From assembly GCA_963695345.1 (NCBI GenBank), contig OY968769.1, forward strand, positions 1,120,001 through 1,184,000: 64,000 nt of DNA, written 5' to 3'. Below the pieces are notes generated by a model. That model had not been told where the DNA came from. It searched no databases and worked only from the letters and a program-made list of their open reading frames with translations. Shown in pieces: positions 1 to 10,098 of this stretch. This DNA is from an uncultured Methanomassiliicoccales archaeon. Its GTDB lineage: Archaea; Thermoplasmatota; Thermoplasmata; Methanomassiliicoccales; UBA472. Both the position numbers and the translations under genes were made by a program. How positions within the stretch are numbered: the stretch's first letter is position 1; each line of letters begins with the position of its first letter.

Positions 1-316
1 AATCGCTCGAAACGATACAGAACCCTTTGACCACGTGCTTGTGCATGATATCCATGGCGTCGATGACCAGGCCTATGTCGGTGGCGTTCTTGCCTGACCG
101 GTTGGGGATGACCATCGAAGGCAGAAGCGCGAATTCGTGGAGCTTCTTCTTCCAACATACCAGCTGTGGACTGCTCCAGTCCCCATAGACCCGCCGGATA
201 ATCACGGAACCGTATTTCGATGCCTCGTTCAGCATCTCACCGACCATGTCCGAATTTGCGTTGTCTCCGTCCACCAAGAACGCGATCGGACCCTCGGCGA
301 TCTCCTTTTCTGCCAT
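1..316 (-). CDS. NYN domain protein (LabA/DUF88, PIN-like), 5' part; runs off the window edge
   Basis: Manual translation (not in ORF track): MAEKEIAEGPIAFLVDGDNANS...RRVYGDW...SGKNATDIGLVIDAMDI...FCIVSSD; the DGDN, YGDW, GKNATD and SSD motifs are typical of NYN. Confidence 0.85.
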   Translation of the reverse strand, partial: MAEKEIAEGPIAFLVDGDNANSDMVGEMLNEASKYGSVIIRRVYGDWSSPQLVCWKKKLHEFALLPSMVIPNRSGKNATDIGLVIDAMDIMHKHVVKGFCIVSSD

Positions 317-429
317 CTTATCCTCATGTGGTGCATCGGTCTCATGGTTTAACAATGTACGCCACGCCCTGACACGAACGATAAAGATCGAGTGGTAGAC
401 CGGAACGATTTCGCCCGTCGGGGCAACCG

Positions 430-993
430 CTAACCGGTCCGGTGGTTCAGAGCCTGATAGGTGAGCATCGCCACCCCGGATCCCAATTGCCAGGCATCAA
501 GGAGCTTCAGCCTCTGTCTTTCCCCCAGGCCCCGGAACATGGATATCCCGCTGCCAAGCAGGACCGGATTGACTATGATGCGGTATTCATCGATCAGTCC
601 CAGGGCGGCCAGCTCCGATACTATGCTTCCGCTGCCGAACACCACGATGTTCTTGCCGGCCATCCTTTTCATTCTCATGATCCTTTCCGGATCGATGTCC
701 TTGGCAAGAGTGGAATTGTTCCATTCGACCTTCCCCAGTGTCCGGGAGAATACGATCTTGGGTAGATTGTTCATCCTTTCCTTGATGTATGGATCATTGG
801 TCCTATCGGTAGGCCAGTAGCGGGCCATCATATCATAGGTCACCCTGCCGAAAAGAATGGTATCGACGGTCCCCATCATTTCGATCGTGAATTTCTCCAG
901 CTCTTTGTCCCAAACGAACCAGTCGATCTCCCCGTTCGGACCGGCTATGTATCCGTCCAGAGAGACCATGTTCGAAACGATTATCCTTCTCAC
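430..993 (-). CDS. Dihydrofolate reductase-like protein (RibD C-terminal family)
   Basis: Motifs VSLDGYIAGPNG, LFGRVTY, FGSGSIV, LIDEYRIIVNPVLLGSG. Confidence 0.9.
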   Translation of the reverse strand: MRRIIVSNMVSLDGYIAGPNGEIDWFVWDKELEKFTIEMMGTVDTILFGRVTYDMMARYWPTDRTNDPYIKERMNNLPKIVFSRTLGKVEWNNSTLAKDIDPERIMRMKRMAGKNIVVFGSGSIVSELAALGLIDEYRIIVNPVLLGSGISMFRGLGERQRLKLLDAWQLGSGVAMLTYQALNHRTG

Positions 994-1062
994 CTAACCA
1001 TTCTCCAAGTGATTGATTGTCTTTGTGACGATTTAAAACCGGGGGTCGTACCGGTCTCCCCG

Positions 1063-2064
1063 TCACATAGACTGCAGGTTCTTGAGCAACTTGGCTAGTC
1101 TATCCATTGACGCTTCCGACCCTTCCACCATGCCGGCTTTGTACATCCCGTCCCGATCATCGACGGACTGAAAGACCGATACATTGGTCAGCTTGGTCTT
1201 GCCTTCGACCTCCTCCAGTGTAGTGGTCTCGAAGAGCACATGTCCGGGCATGCCTTCCCACTCCCATGTGTCCATGATCAATTCGGGCGCTTTCACGTCA
1301 TGATAGACCCCGTTGAATGCGTCTTCCTTGCCGTCCTTGTCGCGCTGGATGACGCGCCATATTCCTCCCTTCCTCACATCCATCTTCTCTATGGTGGTGG
1401 TATACCTCTCAGGGCCCCAGAACTGCGAGAACAGTTCCGGGTCGGTCTGTGCCTTGAAGACCAGTTCCCGCGGGGCATCCTGGACCCGGATGGTCGTGGC
1501 AGATTGCTGACCAGGCTCAAGCAGCACCAGGGTCTTCATCTGAACGAAGATCTCATCATGGATCGCGTCAGCCAGCTTGTCGAACGACTGTTTCCAGCCC
1601 GCCTCGGCATCCTTGGCCGAGTCCTCAGGCATGCCGTGGTGGATCAGGGTCATGGCGGTCCTTCCCCCGTGCTCCTCAAAATTGACAGATATCTGCAGTT
1701 CCAGGGGGAACTCGTTTCCCATATCATAGTATGATGCTGGAACCACGTTGCCCTGCTCATCGGCGAACGAATCGGTCATGCTCAGCCTCTGGGGTTCTGT
1801 CACCTCCTGATAATAACCGGTGCTCCAGAAGTCCCTTCCCTCCGGAGAGCGCATGTCCAGAAGATATCTGCCCCCTACCCGCACGTCCATCTCCGCACTG
1901 GGACAGGTGAAGCCTTGAGGGCCCCACCATTTCATTGCCCGATCGGACTCGGTCCAATACTTCCATACCAATTCCCGGGGCGCGTCGAAGGTTCTCGTTA
2001 TCACCATGTCCATGCTCTTGCTCGGCTTTTCCCTCGTTATCTGGCTCGTTGATTGGTTGCTCAT
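1063..2064 (-). CDS. Tandem SRPBCC (AHSA1/START-like) domain protein
   Basis: Two repeats of R-x-x-DAPRELV..T..(W/F)WGP...MDVRxGG, each ending in a helix (GWKQSFDKL, GSEASMDRL). Confidence 0.9.
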   Translation of the reverse strand: MSNQSTSQITREKPSKSMDMVITRTFDAPRELVWKYWTESDRAMKWWGPQGFTCPSAEMDVRVGGRYLLDMRSPEGRDFWSTGYYQEVTEPQRLSMTDSFADEQGNVVPASYYDMGNEFPLELQISVNFEEHGGRTAMTLIHHGMPEDSAKDAEAGWKQSFDKLADAIHDEIFVQMKTLVLLEPGQQSATTIRVQDAPRELVFKAQTDPELFSQFWGPERYTTTIEKMDVRKGGIWRVIQRDKDGKEDAFNGVYHDVKAPELIMDTWEWEGMPGHVLFETTTLEEVEGKTKLTNVSVFQSVDDRDGMYKAGMVEGSEASMDRLAKLLKNLQSM

Positions 2065-2336
2065 TATGGCACATCCTGTCAGTTCAATGATTGCATGTTA
2101 AGGTCCCGATTCTCAGCTGACCGTTGGTTCAGCATGGCGAGACTCCTAAAACGACGGCAACGAGAAGGATATGAAGGTTATCGAAGGCAAAGTGGATTTT
2201 ATTGTGACTAATTCGTCCGAAGTGTGGTTCACCATATCCCTTAAGGTCGAACCAACTGGAGCGTAACCATTTGCATCCATCGATCAGCACGCCGCAAATA
2301 ATACCTTTAGATACCTGTTCAGGTTTTGGAACGGCA

Positions 2337-3290
2337 ATGGACGACGTTAGGCCCCGGCTCGTTATCTCGCAATGTATGGGACTCTCCCCTTGCCGTTACG
2401 ATGGCAAGATGGTCGAGTCAAAGCTAGTGAGCCGGATGAAGGGCAAGATCGACCTCATCCCGGTATGTCCAGAAGTTGCCATCGGGCTTGGGATACCAAG
2501 GGACCCCATCAGGTTGATCTCCCTGAGGAACGGTGAACGAAGGTTAGTTCAACCGTCAACCGGAATGGACCTGACCGAGAAGGCGCAGCGCTACTGTGGC
2601 TCTTTCCTGATGGGGCTGGACCATATCGATGGCTTCCTCCTGAAGTCGCGTTCGCCCACCTGTGGCCTGAATGACGCAAGCGTCTACCTGAGCGAGACCG
2701 GCGGATCGCCCCTTCCGGTCAAAGGACCGGGCCTTCTCGGGGAAGCGGTGATGGCCAGATACAGCGACCTGGCGGTCGAGGACGAGGTCAGGCTATCTGA
2801 CAATGGAATCGCCGAACACTTCCTGACCAAACTTTACGCTTTCGCCCGGTTCCGTGAGCTGGACCGTGAGATGAGCGCGCTGATGCAGTACCAGGCAGAC
2901 AACAAACTGCTCCTCATGACCTATGGTCAGAACAAGATGAGATTGCTGGGCAACATCGCCTCCAACCGGGATAAGCGAGATGTCGGGCACGTGTTCGATC
3001 AATACCAGAACCTGCTCAGGTCGATGTTCGACAATCGGCCAAAGCGGGGAAGCGTGGTGAATTCCCTCATGCATGCCTTTGGCTATTACAAGAACAAGCT
3101 CGAGGCCGATGAGAAGAAGGATTTCCTTGGGGCACTCAATGCCTATCGGGATGATGGTACGCCGCTCGCCGCCAGCTTCAGCCTGATGCGCTCGTTCAAC
3201 CAGCGTTTCCACAACGAATATCTCGCTAGGCAGACCTTCTTCGAGCCGTTCCCGCCCGAACTGCTCAGTGGCACTTCCGATCGCGAGTGA
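2337..3290 (+). CDS. DUF523/DUF1722 fusion protein (2-thiouracil desulfidase TudS-like plus YbgA domain)
   Basis: SQCMGLSPCRYDG, VCPEVAIGLGIPR, KSRSPTCG Fe-S motifs; C-terminal HAFGYYK and YLARQTFFEPFP. Start placed at ATG 2337. Confidence 0.85.
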   Translation: MDDVRPRLVISQCMGLSPCRYDGKMVESKLVSRMKGKIDLIPVCPEVAIGLGIPRDPIRLISLRNGERRLVQPSTGMDLTEKAQRYCGSFLMGLDHIDGFLLKSRSPTCGLNDASVYLSETGGSPLPVKGPGLLGEAVMARYSDLAVEDEVRLSDNGIAEHFLTKLYAFARFRELDREMSALMQYQADNKLLLMTYGQNKMRLLGNIASNRDKRDVGHVFDQYQNLLRSMFDNRPKRGSVVNSLMHAFGYYKNKLEADEKKDFLGALNAYRDDGTPLAASFSLMRSFNQRFHNEYLARQTFFEPFPPELLSGTSDRE

Positions 3291-3340
3291 ACGATCCATT
3301 ACTTTTCAAAGCTGGATCGAGCGACCGCCGATAGGGGTCC

Positions 3341-4114
3341 TCAAGTGGTCATGTCATTGATGTCGTTGTCCGGTGAGCTCGGAGGATTGGCCGGCTCATG
3401 CTCAGCGATGAAATCGGAGATGGCCTGGTCCTGGTAGGTTAGGATACCGTTCTGCTGGTTCTTGGAGAAGTACTCTCTTCCCTTGGGACTGTTCATCGAC
3501 CAGGCGACCTCCTCCGTGGTGGGGGCGATCAGCCTTCGGTCCAATTCCCTGGGGACCGGAACCGCGGCGATGAGCAGGTCCAGGTCCTTGAGGAACTGCC
3601 CCGAGCCGGCTTCCCGGGGCCAGCTGATGCGGAGGTAACCGTTGGGATCGAAACCGAAATGCTCGTCGTTACCGTCTGGCAACTTATCCGTCTTCTTCTT
3701 GACCAGCCTGGACCATGCGAACTCGATTCGATCACGATCCTTGAACTCTGGGTTGACGACCAGCGCCGTGGTCATCCAATCGGTGCGCAGATGTCTGCTT
3801 TCCATTCCCTCGGCACGGGCGATGGCGATGCCCGCGGCCTCCAGTTCGGATATCTTGGAGAATTTCACCTTGAACGGGATCGCATAACCGACTCCCATGG
3901 CCTTGCCTTTAAGCTCATCCTCGGGGAAGAAGGTGGTGGTGCAGCATTTGCGCTTGGTCGAGTATCGGCCATAATGGATCGGAAGGGAGACCTTGACCAT
4001 GGCATCCATTTTCAGCCAGTTCTCCCTCCACATGCTTCGCCTCAGATCCTTGCCCTGGTAATGGTCCTCCCATAGCAGCGAACCAATGACCAGCGCGGCT
4101 CCCCTCATCATCAT
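3341..4114 (-). CDS. Hypothetical protein, possibly gamma-glutamylcyclotransferase-like fold
   Basis: 257-aa ORF; N-terminal LVIGSLLW resembles the GGCT/ChaC YGSLxW motif and ARAEG resembles the catalytic Glu loop. Confidence 0.6.
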   Translation of the reverse strand: MMMRGAALVIGSLLWEDHYQGKDLRRSMWRENWLKMDAMVKVSLPIHYGRYSTKRKCCTTTFFPEDELKGKAMGVGYAIPFKVKFSKISELEAAGIAIARAEGMESRHLRTDWMTTALVVNPEFKDRDRIEFAWSRLVKKKTDKLPDGNDEHFGFDPNGYLRISWPREAGSGQFLKDLDLLIAAVPVPRELDRRLIAPTTEEVAWSMNSPKGREYFSKNQQNGILTYQDQAISDFIAEHEPANPPSSPDNDINDMTT

Positions 4115-4221
4115 AACGTTCCACGGACCATGGTTCCCTTACTTAGACCTGATGGTCTCAGAGCATAGCATATTTGTATGATGGATTCGCATAGAACCGC
4201 ATCGAAGGAAGCCTGTTTGTT

Positions 4222-6597
4222 ATGGTCAATGAACTTTCACCCGAACAATGTCGTCGCGCTTGCCCAGAACTTTCAATCGATTGCAGGACAACAAAGGACC
4301 TGATACCTTCGAACAAGATAATCGGACAAGACCGCGCGGTGAAAGCCCTCCAGTTCGGTCTCCGCATAAGGAGCAAGGGTTTCAACATCTACATTGCGGG
4401 TATGCCCGGGACCGGAAGACGGTCCGCGGCGGTCGATTTCGTCAAGGACCTGGCAAAGGACATGCCGGTCCCTCCCGACTGGGTGTATGTCTACAACTTC
4501 CATGAGGCTTCGAAACCTAACGCCTTGTCGCTGCCCGCCGGGAAGGGCAAGGAGTTCAAGGAGGACGTCGAGAAACTGGTCTCAGGTGTACCAACGGCCC
4601 TCCGGAGCGCCTTCGAATCCGATGAATACGCCAAGAAACGTCAGACCACCATGAAGGCGATCGAGGAGGAGAGGGAGGAGTTCACCAACAAGATCAATCG
4701 CATGACCTCCGAGGCAGGTTTCCAGATACAGCAGTCTCCGATCGGAATGGTGCTGGTTCCCGTGGTGGACGAGAAGCCCCTCACCACCGAGGAGTTCAAC
4801 CAGTTGTCCAACGGCGTCAAGGAGAGGTTACGGGCCAAACAGGAAGAGCTGCAGGCCAAACTGCAGAAACCGTTTGTCCAGTTCCGCGAGCTTGAGGAGA
4901 AGGCGGAAAAGACGGTGGTGAAGCTCAACCGAGAGGTGGCGATGTATGTTCTGGGCCCCATGCTATCCGTGATCAAGGAGAAGTACGGAAGCAACACCGA
5001 GGTCATAGAGTACATCGATGATGTCCTGAAGGACATCCTGGACAACCTGGCGAGGTTCCTGATACCGGTGAACAAGGAACAGCTCCCTTTCTTCATGGAA
5101 GCGCCCGACCCGATGGCCAATTATAAGGTCAATCTTGTCGTGGACAATTCCCAGCTTTCAGGGGCGCCGGTGGAGATAGAGCTCAATCCATCCTATTACA
5201 AGCTCTTCGGCGCCATCGAGAAGGAGGCCAGGTTCGGTGCACTGGTCACTAACTACACCATGATCCGGAGCGGGCTCCTGCACAAGGCGAACGGCGGTTT
5301 CATCCTGATGCCGGTGGAAGGCCTGTTCACCGACCCTACCATCTGGATATCGCTCAAGCAGACCATCTCGAGCGAGAAATTGGAGATCGAGGAGAAGGAA
5401 GCGCGGCTGGGTTTCATTGCCACGAAATCGTTGATGCCCGAGGCCATTCCTTTCGACTCTAAGATCATAATAATTGGAGACCCGAGGGTCTATGACATCC
5501 TCTACTCGGCGGACAAGGATTTCAAAGAGCTTTTCAAGATCAAGGCGGACTTCGATATCACCATGGAGCGCAATGAGGAGAACATAAAGCAGTATGTCAC
5601 CCAGATATGCTCCCTTTGCGCCAAGGAGAACCTCCTTCCGATCGACAGTACTGGATTGGCGGCGATCATTGAGTACTCATCGAGGCTGGCCGGGGATCAG
5701 AACAAATTGAGCACGCAGTTCGCGACCGTGTCCGACACGGTCCGGGAGGCGAATTTCTATGCCGTGGAGGCCAAGTCGGATCTGATAACCAAAGAGCATA
5801 TCCAGAAACAGCTGGAAGAGAAACTGTACCGTTCGAACATGATCCAGGACAAACTCGGTGAGTTCATCGCCAAGGGAATCATCCTTATCGATACGGCGGA
5901 GGAGGCCGTGGGACAGGTCAACGGCCTGGCCGTGCTGGCCACCGGAGATTTCGCGTTCGGGAACCCTTCGAGGATAACCGCTTCGATCGCGGTGGGCCGT
6001 GAGGGGATCATCGATATTGAGCGACAGGCGGAGATGTCCGGACCTTCCCACACCAAAGGCGTGCTCATCCTCTCTGGCTATCTGAACGACACCTACGCCC
6101 GTGAGAAGCCCCTTTCCCTTTCGGCCCGCCTTGTCTTCGAGCAGAACTACGGAGGCGTGGATGGAGATTCTGCGTCCTCCACCGAACTGTACAGCTTGCT
6201 TTCGGCGTTGGCCGATGTCCCGATCAAACAATACGTCGCAGTCACCGGAAGCGTCAATCAGAAGGGCGAGGTCCAGGCGATCGGCGGGGTGAACGAGAAG
6301 ATCGAGGGATTCTTCGAGGTCTGCAAGGCACGTGGACTTACCGGGAAACAGGGTTGCATGATCCCCAACTCAAACGTTCAGCATTTGATGCTCAAGGACG
6401 AGGTGATAACCGCCATCAAATCTGACAAGTTCCATATCTGGCCGGTGAGCAGCATAAGCGAGGGCATCGAGGTATTGACCGGCATGCCGGCGGGCAAGAG
6501 GAACGCCGATGGAACGTTCAAGAAAGATACCGTCAACGGTCGCGTGCAGGAACGCCTGGATGAAATGGCGGAACGGGCGAAGGAGTATAAGATCTGA
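4222..6597 (+). CDS. Lon-like protease, LonC type (AAA_32 plus Lon_C)
   Basis: IIGQDRA, degenerate Walker A GMPGTGRRS, coiled-coil insert, LHKANGG, catalytic Ser in VDGDSASSTE and Lys in IGGVNEKIEGF. Confidence 0.92.
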   Translation: MVNELSPEQCRRACPELSIDCRTTKDLIPSNKIIGQDRAVKALQFGLRIRSKGFNIYIAGMPGTGRRSAAVDFVKDLAKDMPVPPDWVYVYNFHEASKPNALSLPAGKGKEFKEDVEKLVSGVPTALRSAFESDEYAKKRQTTMKAIEEEREEFTNKINRMTSEAGFQIQQSPIGMVLVPVVDEKPLTTEEFNQLSNGVKERLRAKQEELQAKLQKPFVQFRELEEKAEKTVVKLNREVAMYVLGPMLSVIKEKYGSNTEVIEYIDDVLKDILDNLARFLIPVNKEQLPFFMEAPDPMANYKVNLVVDNSQLSGAPVEIELNPSYYKLFGAIEKEARFGALVTNYTMIRSGLLHKANGGFILMPVEGLFTDPTIWISLKQTISSEKLEIEEKEARLGFIATKSLMPEAIPFDSKIIIIGDPRVYDILYSADKDFKELFKIKADFDITMERNEENIKQYVTQICSLCAKENLLPIDSTGLAAIIEYSSRLAGDQNKLSTQFATVSDTVREANFYAVEAKSDLITKEHIQKQLEEKLYRSNMIQDKLGEFIAKGIILIDTAEEAVGQVNGLAVLATGDFAFGNPSRITASIAVGREGIIDIERQAEMSGPSHTKGVLILSGYLNDTYAREKPLSLSARLVFEQNYGGVDGDSASSTELYSLLSALADVPIKQYVAVTGSVNQKGEVQAIGGVNEKIEGFFEVCKARGLTGKQGCMIPNSNVQHLMLKDEVITAIKSDKFHIWPVSSISEGIEVLTGMPAGKRNADGTFKKDTVNGRVQERLDEMAERAKEYKI

Positions 6598-6610
6598 AGG
6601 AGGCCGTTCC

Positions 6611-6931
6611 GTGACCGGAGCCAGGTTCATAACGCCGGCTGAGCTAGATGCTCTCATGCCGATGATCGAGAAGGGGGACTGCACATTGCTGGACATCCGA
6701 ACTCAGCCCGAATTCCGTTCCGGACACATCAAGCATGCCACGCTCATACCGGTCGAAGAGCTCGAAAAACGAGTGACGGAGCTTGATCGGGGAAAGTCCC
6801 TCGTGATCTATTGCCGTTCTGGCAAGCGTTGCCTCCGCGGGCTGCAGATCCTAGTCGGCAATGGCATCGGAGGAGTGATGGTCCTCGAGGGCGGACTGGA
6901 ACGTTGGCATGGTGTTCAGGTGCATGATTGA
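6611..6931 (+). CDS. Rhodanese-like domain protein
   Basis: LLDIRTQPEFRSGHIKHA, active-site YCRSGKR, LEGGLERW; GTG start 14 nt after the protease stop. Confidence 0.85.
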   Translation: MTGARFITPAELDALMPMIEKGDCTLLDIRTQPEFRSGHIKHATLIPVEELEKRVTELDRGKSLVIYCRSGKRCLRGLQILVGNGIGGVMVLEGGLERWHGVQVHD

Positions 6932-7468
6932 TCACCAGGAACGAAAGACGATGTCGGACCGATCAAGGAGCGAACATACCCTCCTCGGATCGAATCGAGG
7001 ATTGACTTCCATGACCGCCTTGACGAGTTCATCCGATCTTAGATTGTGGTGATCCCCCAGAAACAGGGCCGTGGTCAGGATCGCCAGGTCCACATCTTCG
7101 TAGAAGCCGAATGCATGTATGCATTGGTAGGCCGTCTCTTTGAGATCGGATGGGATCGCTCCCGATATGCCGCCCCGGGCACTGATGCTGCTTCTTCCGT
7201 TCTCCTTAGTTACGGTCATCATCCCCGATCCCACCGCCTGGCCGAGAGCGTTTTCCACCGAATCCGAATACGGCCCGTTCAAAAAGAGATCGAAGGAGCA
7301 TCCGACATACACCATCCTGGAGAGTACATAGAATAATTTCTGCAGCCTGCTCCTCCCCATGGGGCGCGACGGGAACATGAGCTCCGTCTCCCGTACAATG
7401 TACGCAGCCAGCGCCGCAACTGTATCTTCTGGTCCCAAGACGCCACACTCCCTGATGATGGTCCTCAT
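6932..7468 (-). CDS. YwgA-like / SocA-like hypothetical protein
   Basis: GRSRLQKLFY and NGPYS motifs resemble the GRxKLQKxxY...YGPYS signature. Confidence 0.55.
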   Translation of the reverse strand: MRTIIRECGVLGPEDTVAALAAYIVRETELMFPSRPMGRSRLQKLFYVLSRMVYVGCSFDLFLNGPYSDSVENALGQAVGSGMMTVTKENGRSSISARGGISGAIPSDLKETAYQCIHAFGFYEDVDLAILTTALFLGDHHNLRSDELVKAVMEVNPRFDPRRVCSLLDRSDIVFRSW

Positions 7469-7664
7469 GTCTGCTTCGATGATGTACCATTACCGACCCG
7501 AGGCTATCCCCATTGCCATGAGAGTGGGATGAAAGTGAATGTTGACCGCGGACGATGGAAGGTCAGACCTGGGTGCATCGGGAATGGGGATTTTTCCGAC
7601 CCGAAAGTGTCTGAGCGGGCGAAAATTCGTATTTGAGGACAGCATAATGGTCCTAGGAATGAGA

Positions 7665-8108
7665 ATGAAATACTCGGAAGCAAGGCAGGGACGCGTCTTC
7701 GTGCTGAGGTTGGAGGATGGAGAGATAGTCCATGAGGCAGTCGAGAGCTTCGCCTCCGATAAGGGGATCAAGGCCGCCGCCGTCATCATCCTTGGAGGGG
7801 CGGATCGGGGAAGCAACCTGGTGGTCGGACCTGAGGACGGACGATCGGAGAAGATCAGGCCAATGAAAACGGTGCTTGGAGACGTCCATGAGATGTCGGG
7901 CACTGGAACCATCTTCCTGGATGAGGAAGGCGTCCCCAAATTGCATATGCATATCTCCGCAGGCCGTAACGAGAGGGCGATCACCGGATGCGTCCGCAAC
8001 GGTGTCAAGGTTTGGCTGATAGCCGAGGTTATCATATTCGAGTTGCTGGACTCCAGCGCGTCGCGCAAGGTTGACGTGGCGACCGGGTTCGAACTCCTCG
8101 ATCCCTGA
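7665..8108 (+). CDS. PPC domain (DUF296) DNA-binding protein
   Basis: GRVFVLRLEDGE, EMSGTGTI, LHMHISAG, TGC, AEVIIFE. Confidence 0.88.
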   Translation: MKYSEARQGRVFVLRLEDGEIVHEAVESFASDKGIKAAAVIILGGADRGSNLVVGPEDGRSEKIRPMKTVLGDVHEMSGTGTIFLDEEGVPKLHMHISAGRNERAITGCVRNGVKVWLIAEVIIFELLDSSASRKVDVATGFELLDP

Positions 8109-8141
8109 GCAGGAACGATTATTAGACCGCGGGCCGAATCT

Positions 8142-8450
8142 ATGTCAGAGGCAAAGCGGTTGAACCTAGAACGGTGGTATGTGTCCAGGATCGTCAATGG
8201 ACTCAACAATGAGGAAAAGCGGTCGATGGTCAGGATGATCACCGGCGAGTTCATTTCAAGCATGAGCCCACAGGAAAGAAAGGACCTGGTGATGGTCGTC
8301 CTGCCAGATATCGTCGACCAGCTGATGTCCGGCATGACCTGTGAAGAACGAAAGGACCTTGTTAAAAGCGTAATGCCGCTGATGATCTCCCGATTGGGTG
8401 AAGGCAAGAAGACTGGACGCGACAAGACGGACGACAGGAACGATCATTAG
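8142..8450 (+). CDS. Small helical-repeat hypothetical protein
   Basis: Three imperfect 20-24 aa repeats (LNNEEKRSMV / MSPQERKDLV / MTCEERKDLV). Confidence 0.6.
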   Translation: MSEAKRLNLERWYVSRIVNGLNNEEKRSMVRMITGEFISSMSPQERKDLVMVVLPDIVDQLMSGMTCEERKDLVKSVMPLMISRLGEGKKTGRDKTDDRNDH

Positions 8451-8533
8451 GCGAACGGACAGAATCACGATGACGGGGTCGTAGCTCGGGGGCGGGTTGC
8501 CGGTTCCACGACCACTGCCCATCGGTCGTCCAG

Positions 8534-9988
8534 TCACCCTTGGAGCGGACTTGTCGAATGCGCTTCAGCAGCCTCGATCATCAATTTGATCTGCTGCTTG
8601 ATCTGGTTCTCCTCGGCCATGCCATCGGTGACGGTAATCGCCTTTTGGAGGAGTCCTTTCTCCACCCCGTGCTCATTTGCCTCGTGGGCCAGGTCTGCCA
8701 TCAGCAACAGTTCCTCTAGGAGGTCGGTGGCATTCCCCTTCCGGTTCAAGGCAATGGCCAATGAATCCTCGAATGCCTTGCGAGCATCCCGTTTCTTCCT
8801 CATGAGGGCATAGGAGGAGCCGAGATATGCGCAAACCACCGACTCCCTGGCCAAATCCCCCTTGGACCTTGCGGAATCGAGGGAACGAAGGAAAGCCTCC
8901 ACAGCCTTCCGTGGTTTTTCGTTAGCGAGGTAGAGAATGCCGAGGGTAAGCCCCATCTGGTCGGCGTGATCTGCGTCCATGGGCAGGTTCTTGATGCTTT
9001 CCTGGCAAAGCTCCAGTGCGAATTGGGACCTTCCGTCACGGACATAGGCTTCGATCGCCTTCAGCATCTTCTCCGGAGCCTGGACCCGGTCGTGATGATA
9101 GTCCCCCAGGAGAAGCACAGAACGGGCGGCATAGGCCGGGCCCAACTGTAATTTGTATTCCTGGTCCATGAGCTCGTGGCGGGAGGCGTGCTCCATTTCC
9201 CGGAACATCCGCAGCCCCATCGCCTGCATGAGAAGGAATTGAAGGGTCTCCGGGACCATTACCCGGTCCTGCATGGCAAAGAAGGCCCATGAGGTCGAGT
9301 CTCCCGGCAGCCCCATCTTTGAGGTCACCTCCAAGGCCTTCCTGTCCAGCAGATCCTGGAAATATGAAAGCGATTCCAAAGCGATAGGGTCCACCCCTCT
9401 CAACCGTTGACCGTGGTCTACCAATTCCTGCATCAAGGCGATGAACCCCTCTTCAGTGTCTACGTCCTTGGAAACGGCAGACCAGCGAACGCAGTTCAAC
9501 GCAGTATCCAGGTCATCCAGGTGCACGACGCCCGATTCGATGTCCTTTAGCTGGAGAGGACAGGTCTTCGGCTCACCGAACCTCACATCCCCTAGCATAA
9601 AGAATATCTCGGGATACGTCCCAATGAGCCTCTTCTTCACATCTGCATTGTAACTGTTGCCGGGGAATATCAGGTCGGCTATCACTTCTGCCGTCAGGGC
9701 TTCCAGGTCCTCCGTGTACCAGGGTTTTGCCTTCAGACGCCGGGTCACCTCTCTGAACAGACCCAGGTCTGACGACATGGAGACCATCATATCGTCTTCG
9801 GCGACGATGTCGACAAGGAACTCCCGACGTTTCAGTGCCGGAAGTTCAGCGAATCGCGGGGATGCGCACTGAACGAACTTCTCATGGAGGTCTCCCCAAT
9901 TCCTCATGAAATCAAAATACCGGGTGAACTCTTGAAATGGAAAACTGCTCTCCACATCCTCCATCGCGTTCACCTTCTTCGATCTCAT
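8534..9988 (-). CDS. TPR-containing protein
   Basis: C-terminal TPR-like helical pairs (LGILYLANEKPRKAVEAFLRSL; LGSSYALMRKKRDARKAFEDSL). Confidence 0.7.
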   Translation of the reverse strand: MRSKKVNAMEDVESSFPFQEFTRYFDFMRNWGDLHEKFVQCASPRFAELPALKRREFLVDIVAEDDMMVSMSSDLGLFREVTRRLKAKPWYTEDLEALTAEVIADLIFPGNSYNADVKKRLIGTYPEIFFMLGDVRFGEPKTCPLQLKDIESGVVHLDDLDTALNCVRWSAVSKDVDTEEGFIALMQELVDHGQRLRGVDPIALESLSYFQDLLDRKALEVTSKMGLPGDSTSWAFFAMQDRVMVPETLQFLLMQAMGLRMFREMEHASRHELMDQEYKLQLGPAYAARSVLLLGDYHHDRVQAPEKMLKAIEAYVRDGRSQFALELCQESIKNLPMDADHADQMGLTLGILYLANEKPRKAVEAFLRSLDSARSKGDLARESVVCAYLGSSYALMRKKRDARKAFEDSLAIALNRKGNATDLLEELLLMADLAHEANEHGVEKGLLQKAITVTDGMAEENQIKQQIKLMIEAAEAHSTSPLQG

Positions 9989-10098
9989 TCCACCGAAACA
10001 AGTGCATCTACTACGATTTATATTTGGAGTTTGGAGGTCGAATGTTGATAACGGAGGCGGGGAATGTTCTTTACCTCTCCATGCCCATTTACCGATTC

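Noticed and set aside
7490-8425. Long antisense ORFs (for example 7490-8425, 41712-42569, 61613-62404)
   Set aside because: They are shadows of well-supported genes on the other strand or frame in GC-rich DNA and show no recognisable motifs
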